Shown here piece after piece: positions 38,300-51,200 of a DNA stretch of 64,000 nt. The notes under the pieces were generated by a model. It was not told the origin of the DNA, searched no databases, and saw nothing but the letters and a program-made list of their open reading frames with translations. The stretch spans positions 54,119,144 through 54,183,143 of the forward strand of contig JARDVH010000084.1 of assembly GCA_030324005.1 (NCBI GenBank), in the 5' to 3' direction. The translations under genes and the position numbers were made by a program. This DNA comes from Negaprion brevirostris (taxonomy: Eukaryota). Within the stretch, counting starts at the first letter, position 1; each line of letters opens with the position of its first letter.

Positions 38300-38729
38300 G
38301 TGAAGTTGCTGCTGTATCATGTAGCTGTAGAGTCGGTAAAGAGACCAACTAAAATATTAATTCAAAGGGAAATGATAAAATCAATGAAAATAGGTGGAAA
38401 ATCATTTGTAAAATGTAAGAAAATGTAAATGTAAGAAAAACAGAGTACATAAAATTTTGTGGGTGTCAGTGCATCAGGAGTATTCTCTGTTTTACAACAG
38501 GAGGGCCAAGTTAGAGAATCAAAATGAAAAAGAGGAAATATTTGCAAACCTACTTGCAAGCAAATGTGGAGGAAAATTAAATAGTATTTAAACTATCAAT
38601 TGGACACTGCATCTTCGAGAGATGAAGGTGAAAGCCAGAATGCCAGGTTGCTACAGTATTGTCTTTTCTATCGAGGGAAGAATAAATCCTGTCATGAATG
38701 AACAACATGTTGCCTTTCTCCTCCCTCAG

Positions 38730-38921
38730 GCAGCCAGTGCCCATGACGCTGAGGATGGCCTGCGCTTTATGCAGGAGATGATTGAATTGTCCAGTCAGCA
38801 ACAGAAGGAGCAGCTGCCTCCTCGAGCTGTTCAAATTATTTCCCATCCATTCCTTGGTAGAATGGTACTTACTGCTGGACCAGCACAGTTTGGAACGGAG
38901 CTTTCTAAAATTACCAGTGGG
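38730..38921 (+). CDS. EDEM3: EDEM3 exon 17
   Basis: ctccctcAG / GTatgg; 192 nt; [64 protein letters not shown]. Confidence 0.96.
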
Positions 38922-41900
38922 GTATGGAGCCACTAAAACTGATCATTGTTTAAATATTCATATACTATACTTACCAGTTTAAAAATATTTAGACTATCAT
39001 ACAGTTAAAATGTTACAATAATTTGATTTATCTAAGAGATCAATCTATTAAACATTTTATCGTTTCCATATTTAATACCTTTAAATTTATTTAACAGCCT
39101 TCTTAAAATATGTATGTGACATTGCTTTTCTATATGTTGCGGCAATATTGTATATATTTTTAATGGATACTTTGCTCTTGGATATTATTTAAATGAATTA
39201 AATTATTTATTAAGTAGGGCTATTCTGCAGTCAACACAAGTGAACTGAAAATAATTCAGACTGTTGCAATCTGCAAGTTGCTTTTCTGAGAGTATTAAGA
39301 CACATTGTTGGGATAGTGACAATGAAGCTTTAGTGTCCATTCTTGAAGTTGATGATAGGTGTTGAGAAGTGAAAAAGTACATATTTCTCCATCACTGGCA
39401 AAAATCTGAATTGTTTTTAAAAGAGACCAATGTGTATTATCCCATATTTTTGCTGACTTATTTTACGCATAGACAGAAGATATTAAATACAGTATTTATC
39501 ATATTGGGGAATGTGGCCTTGGACCTCTTCATTAGCACTTTGTAGCATAAACATATTAGCTGGTTTTCGGGAACACCTTGTATTTTTTCTCTCCACCAGC
39601 TAACCCATGTAGAACAGTGTGCAGCAGCTGATGTTTTTGCAGCCCTCTCCCAGAACTGCCGTACAGAATACATATAAGCTGCTGTCCAATATTTCCCTCC
39701 CTCCTGGGCAAATGTTTGTACATACAAATGGGTATCTTGTAGGGACAAAAATATTGCACCTATAAATAATTCCAGTAGCACCCTCTTCAGGTGTTATTGC
39801 TTCATCACAATTCACCTCAGCTAAGCTGATCCTGATAGCAACACAACATTCCAGTGCACCACTTCTGTTGTAAAGGTCTCTCCCACCTTTCCAAAAACTT
39901 GCGGTTATTTTGGGGTGCTTTTTAATTTTTATTTAGCTTTCTTGTTATACTGCCAATTATGAGTTATTCTATGGTAATACTTGAAGATATCATTATTTTT
40001 CTGCTCTCTCACACAGCACATTCAATGCAGAAGCTCACAACAGTGTGAGTTAGTAATCATAATTTGTATTTTATAATGGTCCTTTAGACTTCTAATGTGA
40101 ACTATTGATATAAAGACTTTCCTGTTGCTAAGGTCATTCCTAAATCATCTTCACTAGAAGACAAATGATTTTTCTTTCTACTATTGTCCATGACTGGAAC
40201 AGTCAATGTTGGTTGTGTACAAAACTGGCTAAATGTATCAATTCGTTTTTAACAATCTAGTGTATATACCAGAAGTTCTGCAGTATTTGAATTTTGCCAG
40301 AACATTGGTGCTCAATATTTTTGGTAGAAGCATACCACAAGTCTGACTTTTAAACTGTTTCAGTTGTATTTATCAAATTAAGTAATTGCACCAGTTTGAG
40401 AATAATGAATACATCATGGAAGAATTATATCCACTGCATCATCTAGTTTGCAGGACGTTGCAAAGTGAGGACGAGGTGATGCATCATTTCACCTTTCATT
40501 AGTTCAAACCCCGCTGAATTGATCTGTTGGCTGTAAAAAGTCTACCTGTGCAATCTTAAACTACTTTTTAACAAGCACTGACCTCCAGCATAAAGCAGCA
40601 TGTAGTTGGCATTAAATTAGTCATCTTGTTTATAAATTTCATTACCTGGTTTTGGAGAAATGTCACATTGTTACAGTTTTAGATTCCCTCCTGGAATTGA
40701 AGCTGAAGTGTATTATTGGGATGGAGCATTGGGAGCTTTATTCTACATTGAAATTGTGCTGTATCCCAACCTTTTGTCTCTGGACTGGATAAGTGCGTTG
40801 CATGGAGTTTTGGAGACCTTGTGGAAGTTTCAGTCCATGTTTCCATTAATTTACATATACCTCAAGTTGCTGCTACCCATACGTCTACATGTTTCAGCTT
40901 AGGATTCATCCACGAGTGAAGTAATAGTGGCACAACAAAGCCTTCCAAATCCCCATGGGCAGAATGGTCAAACTGGGTTTGAAGGCATCTGGAAAGAGAG
41001 TGTTTCTTTGGATTCTAATTGATCTTTAATAGTGCGATAATCACATGAATCTGAGAGTTGAATTTTACAGGTTCATTGTAATGTGGAGGGGGCCAGTAAA
41101 ATGTGGCAAGCCATTGACTTTAGCAGGACTGTAAAATCCCGCATGCATAATATTCTGTCCTAAGAATTTATTGTATTACAAAATCTTTTAAATTCAAAGT
41201 GGTACCATATTGTCATTGATCAGTCCAAAACCTTTTAAACAGTTTTGACAAAAGAACTCATTAAATATTTGTCTATAATATTGGATAACTGATAGCCATG
41301 CTTTTAAGTATAAGATAAAGTCTGTACAAAGAGAAGAATTGTAGGTGACACTTTAAATGAACAGAATTTTCATAGATGTTATTACATTTGTAGGTTTAAA
41401 TGTTTTAACACTTGTACAAGTGAGTTAAACTCTGCCAAGGTTCTCCCAATCACCACTGGGACACAAAACCACGTGAGGTTTTTGTTGAAGTTACAGCAGT
41501 AGATCAGGAGAATGTCTGTGGGAATTGTACATCCCAGCGTCCACTTCAGTCATATCTCCAGGTTCTGATCCACTTTCTGTAAATCTGTTTCAGTTGTAAA
41601 GGTCTGATGGATTCTGCACACCTATCATTATTCGTCACTTAAAGGTCAACAGGTGGGAGATATGGTTGTGCGAGACTGACTAACAGGACTCTAAGTTTGT
41701 TCTCCCTTATTCCTGCCACAGGTCTCTCAGGCTGAGAATTGAAGAGGGTTGTCCATTGGACCTTATCAGAATCAGATATATTGGGACCGAAAATCTGCTA
41801 GATTGTTGCTCGGTCTCTTCAAAACAGTCTTTGTTTCAATTGTACTTTAATATGACAATACAGACTAACTATAAAGAAAACTTTTGCTGTGGAAAAAATT

Positions 41901-41940
41901 GATCATGCCTTTCTTGTTTGGGTTTCTAAATGCTGTATAG

Positions 41941-42106
41941 GTACGAGGTTTTGTTGCTAAATGTGAACCCTATAACGGCTGTTCAGAGATAACAAATCCT
42001 GAATCGATAAAGGGAAAAATTGCGCTTATGCAACGAGGCCATTGCATGTTTGCTGAGAAGGCACGGAATGCACAGAAAGCTGGGGCTATAGGTGGAATTG
42101 TCATTG
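41941..42106 (+). CDS. EDEM3: EDEM3 exon 18 (protease-associated PA domain)
   Basis: tgtatAG / GTaagg; 166 nt; [55 protein letters not shown](D). Confidence 0.97.
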
Positions 42107-42529
42107 GTAAGGAATGCAACTCTTATTTTCACCTCAATCATGATATAATACTTTGTTTATATACTGTTGCAAGGAGAAAATTAACACCCTCACCAGACTG
42201 CTGCAGAAGTTGAATTAATTTCAGATTTATTATGTATTAGTGTTGTGAAATGAAGATTTAATCACAGAATCTTCACAGTGCAGAAGCATGCCATTTGGCC
42301 CATAGAGTCTGCACTGGCTTGTTGAAAGAGCATTTTACCTATTCACAGTTCCCTGCTTTATCCCTGTGACTTTGCATATTTGTTTGCTTTTGAATACCTC
42401 AATCAAACCTGATATTAACATGACATAATATTCAATTTATAAGCCACATCTTCATTTTGATTTTATTTTAATGATCTTCATTCATAATGTAATTTATACA
42501 CAAGTTTTTATAGTATGCCATTACCAGAG

Positions 42530-43300
42530 ACACAAATGGTAATCTGTGATGCATTATCCCTTCTAGTTCTCTTCAACCTCACTACAGGCTTCCCATACAG
42601 TCATTCATATCACCCTTTTTCCCAATACCACAGCTCACTTGCTTTCACTCTTGCTTATTCAGTCATGTCCAGCAATGTCTGTACATCCCATCTCTGTATT
42701 GTTATCTTTAGAATCTCCCAAGGACCTATCTTAGGCTGTCCTCCTATTCCACAAAGCCTATGTTCTGGTGACATTATCTCTGGATTTGAGGTCAGGTGAT
42801 GACACCCAGCTCTACCTCTCACTACTTCTCTTGAACCTTTCATTATCACTCTGCTGTCAGCCTGCTTTTCCAAAATCCAATCTTCAAGCTTCAGTTCCTT
42901 TGGCTAGACACTGGAAAGCCAACAACATCAACTCCAACGTAAATTCCTGCATCCTTGCTCATGACTCTATACCAATCCCTGCTTTCTCATCCACCTTGAG
43001 CTGAGGCAGAACTTCACCTTCCTCCCAGTCAACCTTAAACTAAGCTTTCTCTACTCCTAAAGCAACAGCTGCTTCCACCCTTATCTCAGCCCAATTGCTG
43101 CTGAAACCCTCATGCCTTTGCTAGCTTCAGATTTGATGATTCTAATGCTTTAATTGGCTAATATTGTATCTTGCATCCTCAGTAAACTTCAACTCCTCTA
43201 AAATGTTCCTATCCTGTAGCAATCAAGCATCCCTGTGCTTGCTAAATCTTCATTGGTTCTCAGTCCCAAAGCTGAACAAATTTAAGATTTTCATTCTCTT
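42530..43300 (+). mobile_element. Degraded L2 LINE RT fragment
   Basis: LLVLFNLT, ISQGPILG, gatgacacccagctctacctc (DDTQLYL) RT motif. Confidence 0.7.
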
Positions 43301-43480
43301 ATTTAAATCCCTTTGGAAGACCTTTACATTTTGAAAGATCTTAACATTTGAACTGTGCAAGATGTGCCTTGAGCGCTGAGCTGGTTGAGAAAATATTAGG
43401 TTCCCTACTAAAGTTTGGGCCCGACATACGTTACTGAAGAAAGAGCACAGGGAAATTTAAACTGTCTTTAATTTATCCTA

Positions 43481-43780
43481 GGGGCAACACAGTGCATTGC
43501 AGCACCAGGGACCCAGGTTTGATTCCCAGCTTCGAGCACTGTCTGTGTGGAGTTAACACATTGTCTCCATGTTTGCGTGGGTTTCCTCCGGATGCTCTGG
43601 TTTCATCCCACAGTCCAAAAATGTGCGGGCTAGGAGGATTGGCTATGCTAAAATTGCCCCTTAGTGTCAGGGGGACTAGCTAGGCTAAATGCATGGGATT
43701 ATGGGGATAGGGCCTGGGTGGGGTTGTAGTCTGTGCAGGTTTGATGAGCCGAATGGCCACCTCCTGCACTGTAAGATTCA
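43481..43780 (+). mobile_element. HE1-like SINE, tail type B
   Basis: gggacccaggtttgattccc B-box region, ccgaatggcc..ctgcactgtaagattc tail. Confidence 0.85.
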
Positions 43781-44050
43781 ATGATCCTGGGAGCATTTCA
43801 AGATCACCCCAGGTGCCTGAAATGTAAAATGTTTCAAACCTGCAGCACTAACATGCCTCACTATAATGATCACAAATTTGACAAAAGAAATAACATCGAA
43901 TGTGAAGATTGAGAGGGAACAGATTACCCTACAACCCTCACCTGTTGGCTGTATTATGTAGAAAAATAAAAATCTTGAGTCGGTCCAGAGGATTTTGCAT
44001 GTCCAGGTGTACACACTGCAGTTGTTTTAACTGAGTTTGCTATTGGGCAG

Positions 44051-44236
44051 ATGACAATGAAGGAAGCAGCAGTGACACGGCTCCCCTCTTCCAGATGGCT
44101 GGTGATGGAAGGAACACTGATGATGTCACGATCCCAATGCTTTTCCTCTTTAATAAAGAAGGAAACATTATACTCAATGCCATGCAGGAGCACCAGGAAG
44201 TGGAAGTGCTGCTGTCGGATAAAGCAAAGGATAGAA
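44051..44236 (+). CDS. EDEM3: EDEM3 exon 19 (end of PA domain)
   Basis: gggcAG / GTgagt; 186 nt; (D)[61 protein letters not shown] plus 1 nt. Confidence 0.97.
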
Positions 44237-44860
44237 GTGAGTTTTTAAACAAACAGTAAATCATCTTTCATTTTTAGATTACCCAAAGTAAATTGTCATC
44301 ATGTTTAGCATTCTTTAAATGTAGGTAGTAATCTGAATTTGGAAAATTTATTTAAGCGGCAACCAATTTTTTTTTTGTGGAGACTTTAGAGTGTTGACAA
44401 AGTTTTGGGACATTTTAAACTCCTCTGGACAACCTGTTTTAAAAAACTTTTCAGTCACACATGGTCATACTAAAATTCTTCTTTTTATAATAAAACCACT
44501 CAAATGTGAGCACTGGATTTATTATTGGATTGTTATCACAACACTGCAAATATTAATCACCAGAGCACTTAAAGAAAAAAATTGTTGCTTTTTTTGCATT
44601 TATTCCCGCAGAATTGTAGGCAACATTTATTTCCTATTCTTTCTTTATCCTTAACTAGGCCATTTCAGACAGTAGACAAGAACGGATATTTGTGAATCAG
44701 GTTTTTATAGTAAGTCACTAGTTACCTGGTCATCATTACTGATATTAGCTTTTTATTCCAGATTTATTATTGACTAAAATTAAATTTCTCACTTGGCATG
44801 GAGACATTTACAACCATGTTTCTGGATCATTAGTCCAGAACTATGAATTACTAGATTTGG

Positions 44861-45156
44861 GATGGCATAATGGTTAGCATTGCTGCCTCACAACACCAGG
44901 GACCTGTGTTCGATTCCGGCTTGGGTCACTGTCTGTGTGAAGTTTGCATGTTCTCCCTGTATCTGCACANNNNNNNNNNNNNNNNNNNNNNNNNNNNNNN
45001 NNNNNNNNNNNNNNNNNNNNNNNNNNNNNNNNNNNNNNNNNNNNNNNNNNNNNNNNNNNNNNNNNNNNNNNNNNNNNNNNNNNNNNNNNNNNNNNNNNNN
45101 NNNNNNNNNNNNNNNNNNNNNNNNNNNNNNNNNNNNNNNNNTGTAGGGATCCTATG
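44861..45156 (+). mobile_element. HE1-like SINE spanning an N gap
   Basis: tggttagcattgctgcctcac head, gttcgattcc B box, tgtagggatcctatga tail. Confidence 0.85.
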
Positions 45157-46264
45157 AAGTAAGATAGCCATTATTCCACTCTTCCTACTTAGCACTGTCT
45201 TCATTTCTCTTCCAGTTCCTCCACCTGATTCCCAATTTCAACTGTTTTTTTAGTCTAATCTCTCTCGAAGTCTTTGTTTAGTTTTTGTGTGTCTTTGGTG
45301 TCTCTTAGTCAATTTTGGGTTTGCAAGCTTGGTCACAAGGATTGGGGATGGATTTGTTTGGAAGAAAAAGCTTTTCTGTCAATTGTGGCACGCAAGCTAA
45401 AAAATTAACATCTGTTTTGTAGTTTAATCTCTAATCATAGCCATGTCCATTTTTTGTAAGCTTTTCAAGTTAAGGAGAATGTATGAACTCGTAAAACATG
45501 GAATTTCATCATGTTTTATATTGATTTTAGAAGGCATTGGTAAATTATATGGAGATCGCCCAAAGCTCCAGTCTTTTCATGGTACCTCTATGATGGTAAC
45601 CGTTGAGCAACTCTGGATTGTGGCTTATTGCGAAAAGTTAGCCTTGCATATTTGAATAAAAGAGTTTTTTCACTTTGCTGAAATTTCATTTATATGAATT
45701 CTACAGTACAAATAAAATAGGACTTCTTTCAAAATTGAAGCAGATAAGAGTGTTAGTGAAGGCGGTTAACGTATCCTTATGTAACAATATTAGACGTTTC
45801 GGTACCGGCATAGTGGGATGTTCCAGAGTAGTACTAATTGGTGCTGCCAGGATCACTACTTTCAGGACAACCAGATACCTTTTGCCAGATAAAAGAATTA
45901 CATCAACCAAACTGCACTGTATCTGTGAGGTTGTGAGGCATTGTCCAATCCTGCTGATTTTAAATTTTAACAAAATCATGCTATATACACGCAGAATCTT
46001 GAATTGGGAGGTATAAATAAACTCACAAATGAACGTGTGCACCTGCTGTTCATTTAGTGGGTTTAATAGTCACGCTACTGGATGTATGTTCATGGGCCAA
46101 ATTTAACCCATAGTCTGGAGTTACTATATATAGATAAATTATGTGTGCATGTGTTTCTTTAAATAGACCAGCTGTAGAATACTGATTAATCTATTTTTAT
46201 TTGTAACCAGTTTGTGTTACACTGTGTCTTTCTTTTTTTTGCAACACGTGGACAAAAATAACAG

Positions 46265-46306
46265 CCACAATTATTAAAGGTAAAAGTATTACAGATTACA
46301 TAAGCA
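46265..46306 (+). CDS. EDEM3: Putative alternative 42-nt in-frame cassette exon of EDEM3 in intron 19
   Basis: upstream pyrimidine tract, aacAG acceptor, GTAAGT donor; phase 1/1, no stop; adds TTIIKGKSITDYIS, resembling the short insert I recall in the longer mammalian EDEM3 isoform. Confidence 0.65.
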
Positions 46307-47739
46307 GTAAGTAGTTTTCTTCAAGATTCACCCTTATTTGTGTTTGCCAAATGCATCAACTGTAAAGTAATTTCTAACACCCCTTACCTCTACCATGCCC
46401 TGCAGTAAAGAGACTGATTGTTTGGACTTTACTGATGTTACTTTGAACCAGCTACCAGAAAGTGTGTAATAATCACTTTCAGACAATTGATCCTACAGCT
46501 TTTCCCCTTTTCCCTAGAGAGGTATATTCCAACTTTGTTTACCTGTTTCCCATGGCAATACAACTGAAATTAGGAACCCAGTTGCATGAACGTTAATTTT
46601 GGAATTCAAAATCATAATATTGGTAGTTTGAAGATATTGTTGTTTTTGTGACATCAGGAGGTAATGATGCAAGAGCGTTTAGAGGTGCCATTTGCAGGAG
46701 ATTCTCTGGGTACAACTGGGTAGATAGGAATGAAAGCAAGCAAATGCAGTCCCAACCAGCTGCTGGAGAGAAGAAAGGTGCGTGAAGTATGGCAGAGGCT
46801 GCAGATAATTTAAGAAGGATGCTGAGGAATAATTTAGCTTTGTCAGAGTCACATAGGATGTCATTTGTAACTTTAATTAGGGCTATTTCAATGCAAAAAC
46901 AGGGCCAAAAATTTGACTGGAGGGGTTCAAATATGGAGTTCCAGAAAGGATGGGTACAGATTTGGGAGGGGACATGTCAAGAATGTTAGAGAGGGAAGTG
47001 AAATTGGAAATGTGGTGGTTTTCAAGGACTGAGAGTACAAAGGTTTTTTTTTGAGAAGGATGATGTTGGCAGTTTTAAGTGGGAACAGGATATTACTTGA
47101 AGAGAGAGAACTGTTAACATCAATATGAATAGTGACTTGTATGTGATATGGACTAGAGCTGTAAGAATACTTGAAACAGAACTGAATCTTATTTTGACAC
47201 AGTCTTCAAGTGTCAGTTTGGAGTGTCTTCCTGAATTATCTAAAACAATGGTTTCTATATCTGCTTCCAAATGAGTGACAAAATTGTTACTTAGGAGGTG
47301 GAAGTGTTCATCTCCTAATCTCTTAGGAAAGATTCTTCTTTACTTATGCCACACAAACACATAAGTGTTTGACTTATTTTCATTTAAGCTGATTATATGC
47401 TGCGTTTAGAGTTCCCAATCCAAACAAGGTTGTTGCAAAGATCAGCTGTTGATATGGAGAGATTACTAAAGTTAAGACCTGTGGATGGAATTGAAATATT
47501 GTGAAGAAATACCATCATGTTTATGATTATCAGTATTCTGAAATAAGGTTGTTGTATCTTGTAATTGCTGTACGTTGTCCAGGATGCCTTTTGTTTTGTG
47601 TTGTAGGAAAAGCCTTGTACAACTATTAAATAAAACGTAGCATGTAATTGTAAATAAGTGGTCAAAGATACTTAAATATTAGTTAATTAGTTGTATTTCA
47701 CAACTTTAATTTTAAAATATTTTAATATTTGATTTCTAG

Positions 47740-48242
47740 ATCTAGGCATTGAAGACGTGGAACAGAATGCAAATGATGACTTGCAGACCACGGGATCAAA
47801 TCCAACCAGTTTTGAATGTCAGAATGAAGCAACATCTTACACTGAAACTTCAAACAGTGAGAAACTGGATGAATCAGCAAGTCAGTGCGATACGAGTGGT
47901 CAGTCAGTCGTACCTGATACAAAGACACAATGTGATGATGGTATGAGCAGATCTGTTCAGAACCCAAGTACAACCGCCGCTGATGTGTCTTCAGATACTG
48001 GTGATGTGAAAGTTCAGGTTGTACAAAGGACAGATAGCTATGGGACCACTGAAGATGAAGAGGGATCTTGTGCTCAGACTTCAGATCAGGGAAAGAAGGG
48101 GACTGATGGTGAGGTAGAAACAGAACAGGAATCCAGTCCAAATATCAGCCAAGAAACTGAGTCTCGGACAATAGACTCCTTGTTATCAGACTGGAAGGAA
48201 GAAATAGATGCCTTTGAAATGATGGATAAGGATGAACTATGA
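47740..48242 (+). CDS. EDEM3: EDEM3 terminal coding exon 20: acidic low-complexity tail ending in the KDEL ER-retention signal
   Basis: atttctAG acceptor, open frame (N)[11 protein letters not shown]...[26 protein letters not shown] at 48240-48242. Confidence 0.96.
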
Positions 48243-51200
48243 CCATGAATCATACATTTGTATGATGGCAGTTTTACTTTTCCCCAGAAGATCTGGATAC
48301 ACTTGTGCTCAGTAACATTCCCTGACCAATGGAAGAATCTGATCAATGTCTGATTTGTATCAATCAACTTGTATGTGTGGAAAGTGAGTTGGGATTTACT
48401 GGTTATCGTTTCTGCCAGGTCAATACTTGATTCACTTGAAGAGGCCAGTCACAATGCTTCTCCTTGATGCAGCATATCTTAGATTCAACTAGTTGAGATA
48501 TNNNNNNNNNNAGGGAACTTTTATTGCATCGTTTTCTACTTTTTCTTCCCTCTCCCAAATGCAAACTTTTACTTTGTTGCAGAGCAACAAAACCCTGCAT
48601 TATTGCAAGTTTCCTTTCAAGACCATGTAATGCTGTGGCATTCTCCCAGTGTAATGTTTCAGGTTTATAACTGCTCACCTAATTGGAATACCAAATTGCT
48701 TCATTTATGGTATTTGATTCCATAATTACTGAAATATGATTTGAACTCATTTGTTTTCTTGATGTTTGAATGGTATTTCAAATAATATTTGATAAAACTC
48801 ATTTTGGACTAATGAAATTTACTATGTTTTGGTAGCACAATTCCAACTAAATTGATAAAAAGGTAAGTTACATAAATTCAGTGTTCGGATTACTGTTTTG
48901 GATTTGTAACATTTTAAACATTGACTTTTATTTTCAACTTGTTTTATCTTAACTTTTTAAAGTTTTATCCCCCCCCCATTCCATTCCTAAACTTTTACCT
49001 TTTTTGTAATAAACTACAAAGACAATACCAGCTTATTCATATATACGATAAAGACTGATATATGGGCAATGTTTTTATTCTTTCACTAATAGACATTGTG
49101 AGCTGGATTTTTTTCAGTTGTGTTAAATCCCGACATTGCCCCCAGTTCCAGGTAGGGAACCCAGAAGTGGCTGTGGTGAGATATTGATTGCCATCTTCCC
49201 GGAAGCAGCCAATTAAGAAGCCAGGTCTGGGATCCCTGTCCAATTAAGGATGGTGCATGGACTGGTGAGCAGANNNNNNNNNNAAACCCAATGTAGCAAC
49301 CACAGCAATGTCTGGCTGCAGTCCCACTGGGTACACTGACCACTGCTGGATAAGAGGGAGACCTAATGGGTGCTTCAAAATTGAACAACAGGTAGCACAG
49401 AGAGGGCCTTCCAGGTAGAGAGATAATCCCCTCTGGAACAGTATTATGGGACAATTCTTGTCCCTTTTCGGCCCTGAAGCCCCCTTAAGACAGCTATATA
49501 ATGCACCTGAAGTGACCAGCAACCCTCCTATTGAGAAGCACCTCCTTCCCTCCCCGACTCTATCTCCCCACACACCCTCTTCCCCACCTGTCCCTCCTTG
49601 CTCCAGGAGTTGGCAGGCTCCACAACCTGGAAGTGCGACCATAATTAAACTAATTGATAACCTGCCTCAGTGGAGTGTGCTAATCCTATGCAGTCCCAGA
49701 AACGTCCCTTAGAGATGGGTTGGTATTGGAGAGCCATCCAAAGCAGCGTTCCCTTATTTTGCTACACTCCTCCCTACTTCCAAACTCCTCTCCATAGGGC
49801 CTTGAAAATTGAGCCCTACGTTGCAAAGAAATTAGTTCTCTTTGGTTGATTCCTCTGGAAAGTTCCAATGTTAGGCAGAAGTTCATCTTGTTAGTTTCCA
49901 ACCACCAGGTGTCAGCTTTTCCATCCTGGTTAAATGCTCATGATTTACTGCAGAGAGAGAACTAATCTGTAAGATTAGTTTGGATGATTTTGACAGCATT
50001 TCAAAAAATGATTTATTTGAATTGTATAAAACCACCTGGCAGAATGTTACTTTAGATCGATATTTTGGCGTTTAATCCTGCAGTTAAAAAAAGTGTTAAT
50101 ATCTTTAATAGTTGATCAGACTGGATTACAATGAGCAGTTTGCAGAAGTATTTGTCTGTTAGACTTTTTTTTCCATTTGCGATGACCTGGAACATTCAAT
50201 GTGAATGTTTCATTTTTTGCAATTGCTCATCCATAGAATTTTAAACAATTTCTGTCTATCAGGCATAATGGAGCCCCATAACTATTAGCATGATGGTGTG
50301 ATGTAATTTTAACAGCTGTGGGACACTCTGCAATGAGTTATATAGTTCATTGACACTGTTAATTACCTCTTCAAAGTGATTCATCACCGTATTCCACCGT
50401 TAGAAACAACTTACTGATAACCATCTTTATGCTCCTGTTATGTGCCTTAGAGCATTCGCTACATTAAAGGCACTATAAACACAAGTTGTTACTTGTTGCC
50501 TCTTTCTTCCTCAGTAACATGGGAAATTGGCAAATGTGCTGCCCAGTGTGCATCTGAGTGCAAATTCCATCTGTGTGTTGGCTAATCTTAGTTGAAGGAC
50601 TGCAACTGGATTTATTATCACTAGCCAGAAAGGGTAAACTGTGGAAAGTGGATGTGGCACCATTTCTGGCTCAGTTCAGCAGGTTGATTCTTTGCTAGGT
50701 CAGGGACAGTGAGGCACATTGGGAGTTCAATGACTGTAAGGCCTTTTGGCTTTTAATAACTGGACACATGAAGAACAGTCACTTGTAATACAGGTACAGG
50801 TTAAGCTTCTGACACTTGTACTACTGTATCCCAGCAAGGTATTAGGAGCAGCAACAAAAGGTGGGAGGGGAGGTATTTATTAAAAAAACATGCACGGTTG
50901 TCTCATGGATTTGTTTTTGTTTTCCTAACAAATTAGTTTGCAATCATAATATCTTTGTCACCCTGCATTCTTTGTAATGTTTTGACCTTGCACACACAGT
51001 TCATAATCTGGATTTTATTGCACTAAAAGTAGCGCATGCCAATTCACGTTATAGAAAATTTCTACAAATTAATTTCCTACAATCCGTTTGACTGGAAGCT
51101 ACTACTTACGTTTCAAACTATCACAGAATGTTTGATATTCTGGAGTTTTGGTCAACTATTGAATGCAATGGACATATAAGCCTATGATCTCTTATGTTTC

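Noticed and set aside
49086-49901. Overlapping ORFs of 70-130 aa in a GC-richer patch of the 3'UTR region
   Set aside because: Low-complexity, repeat-like sequence spanning a gap; no homology recognised.
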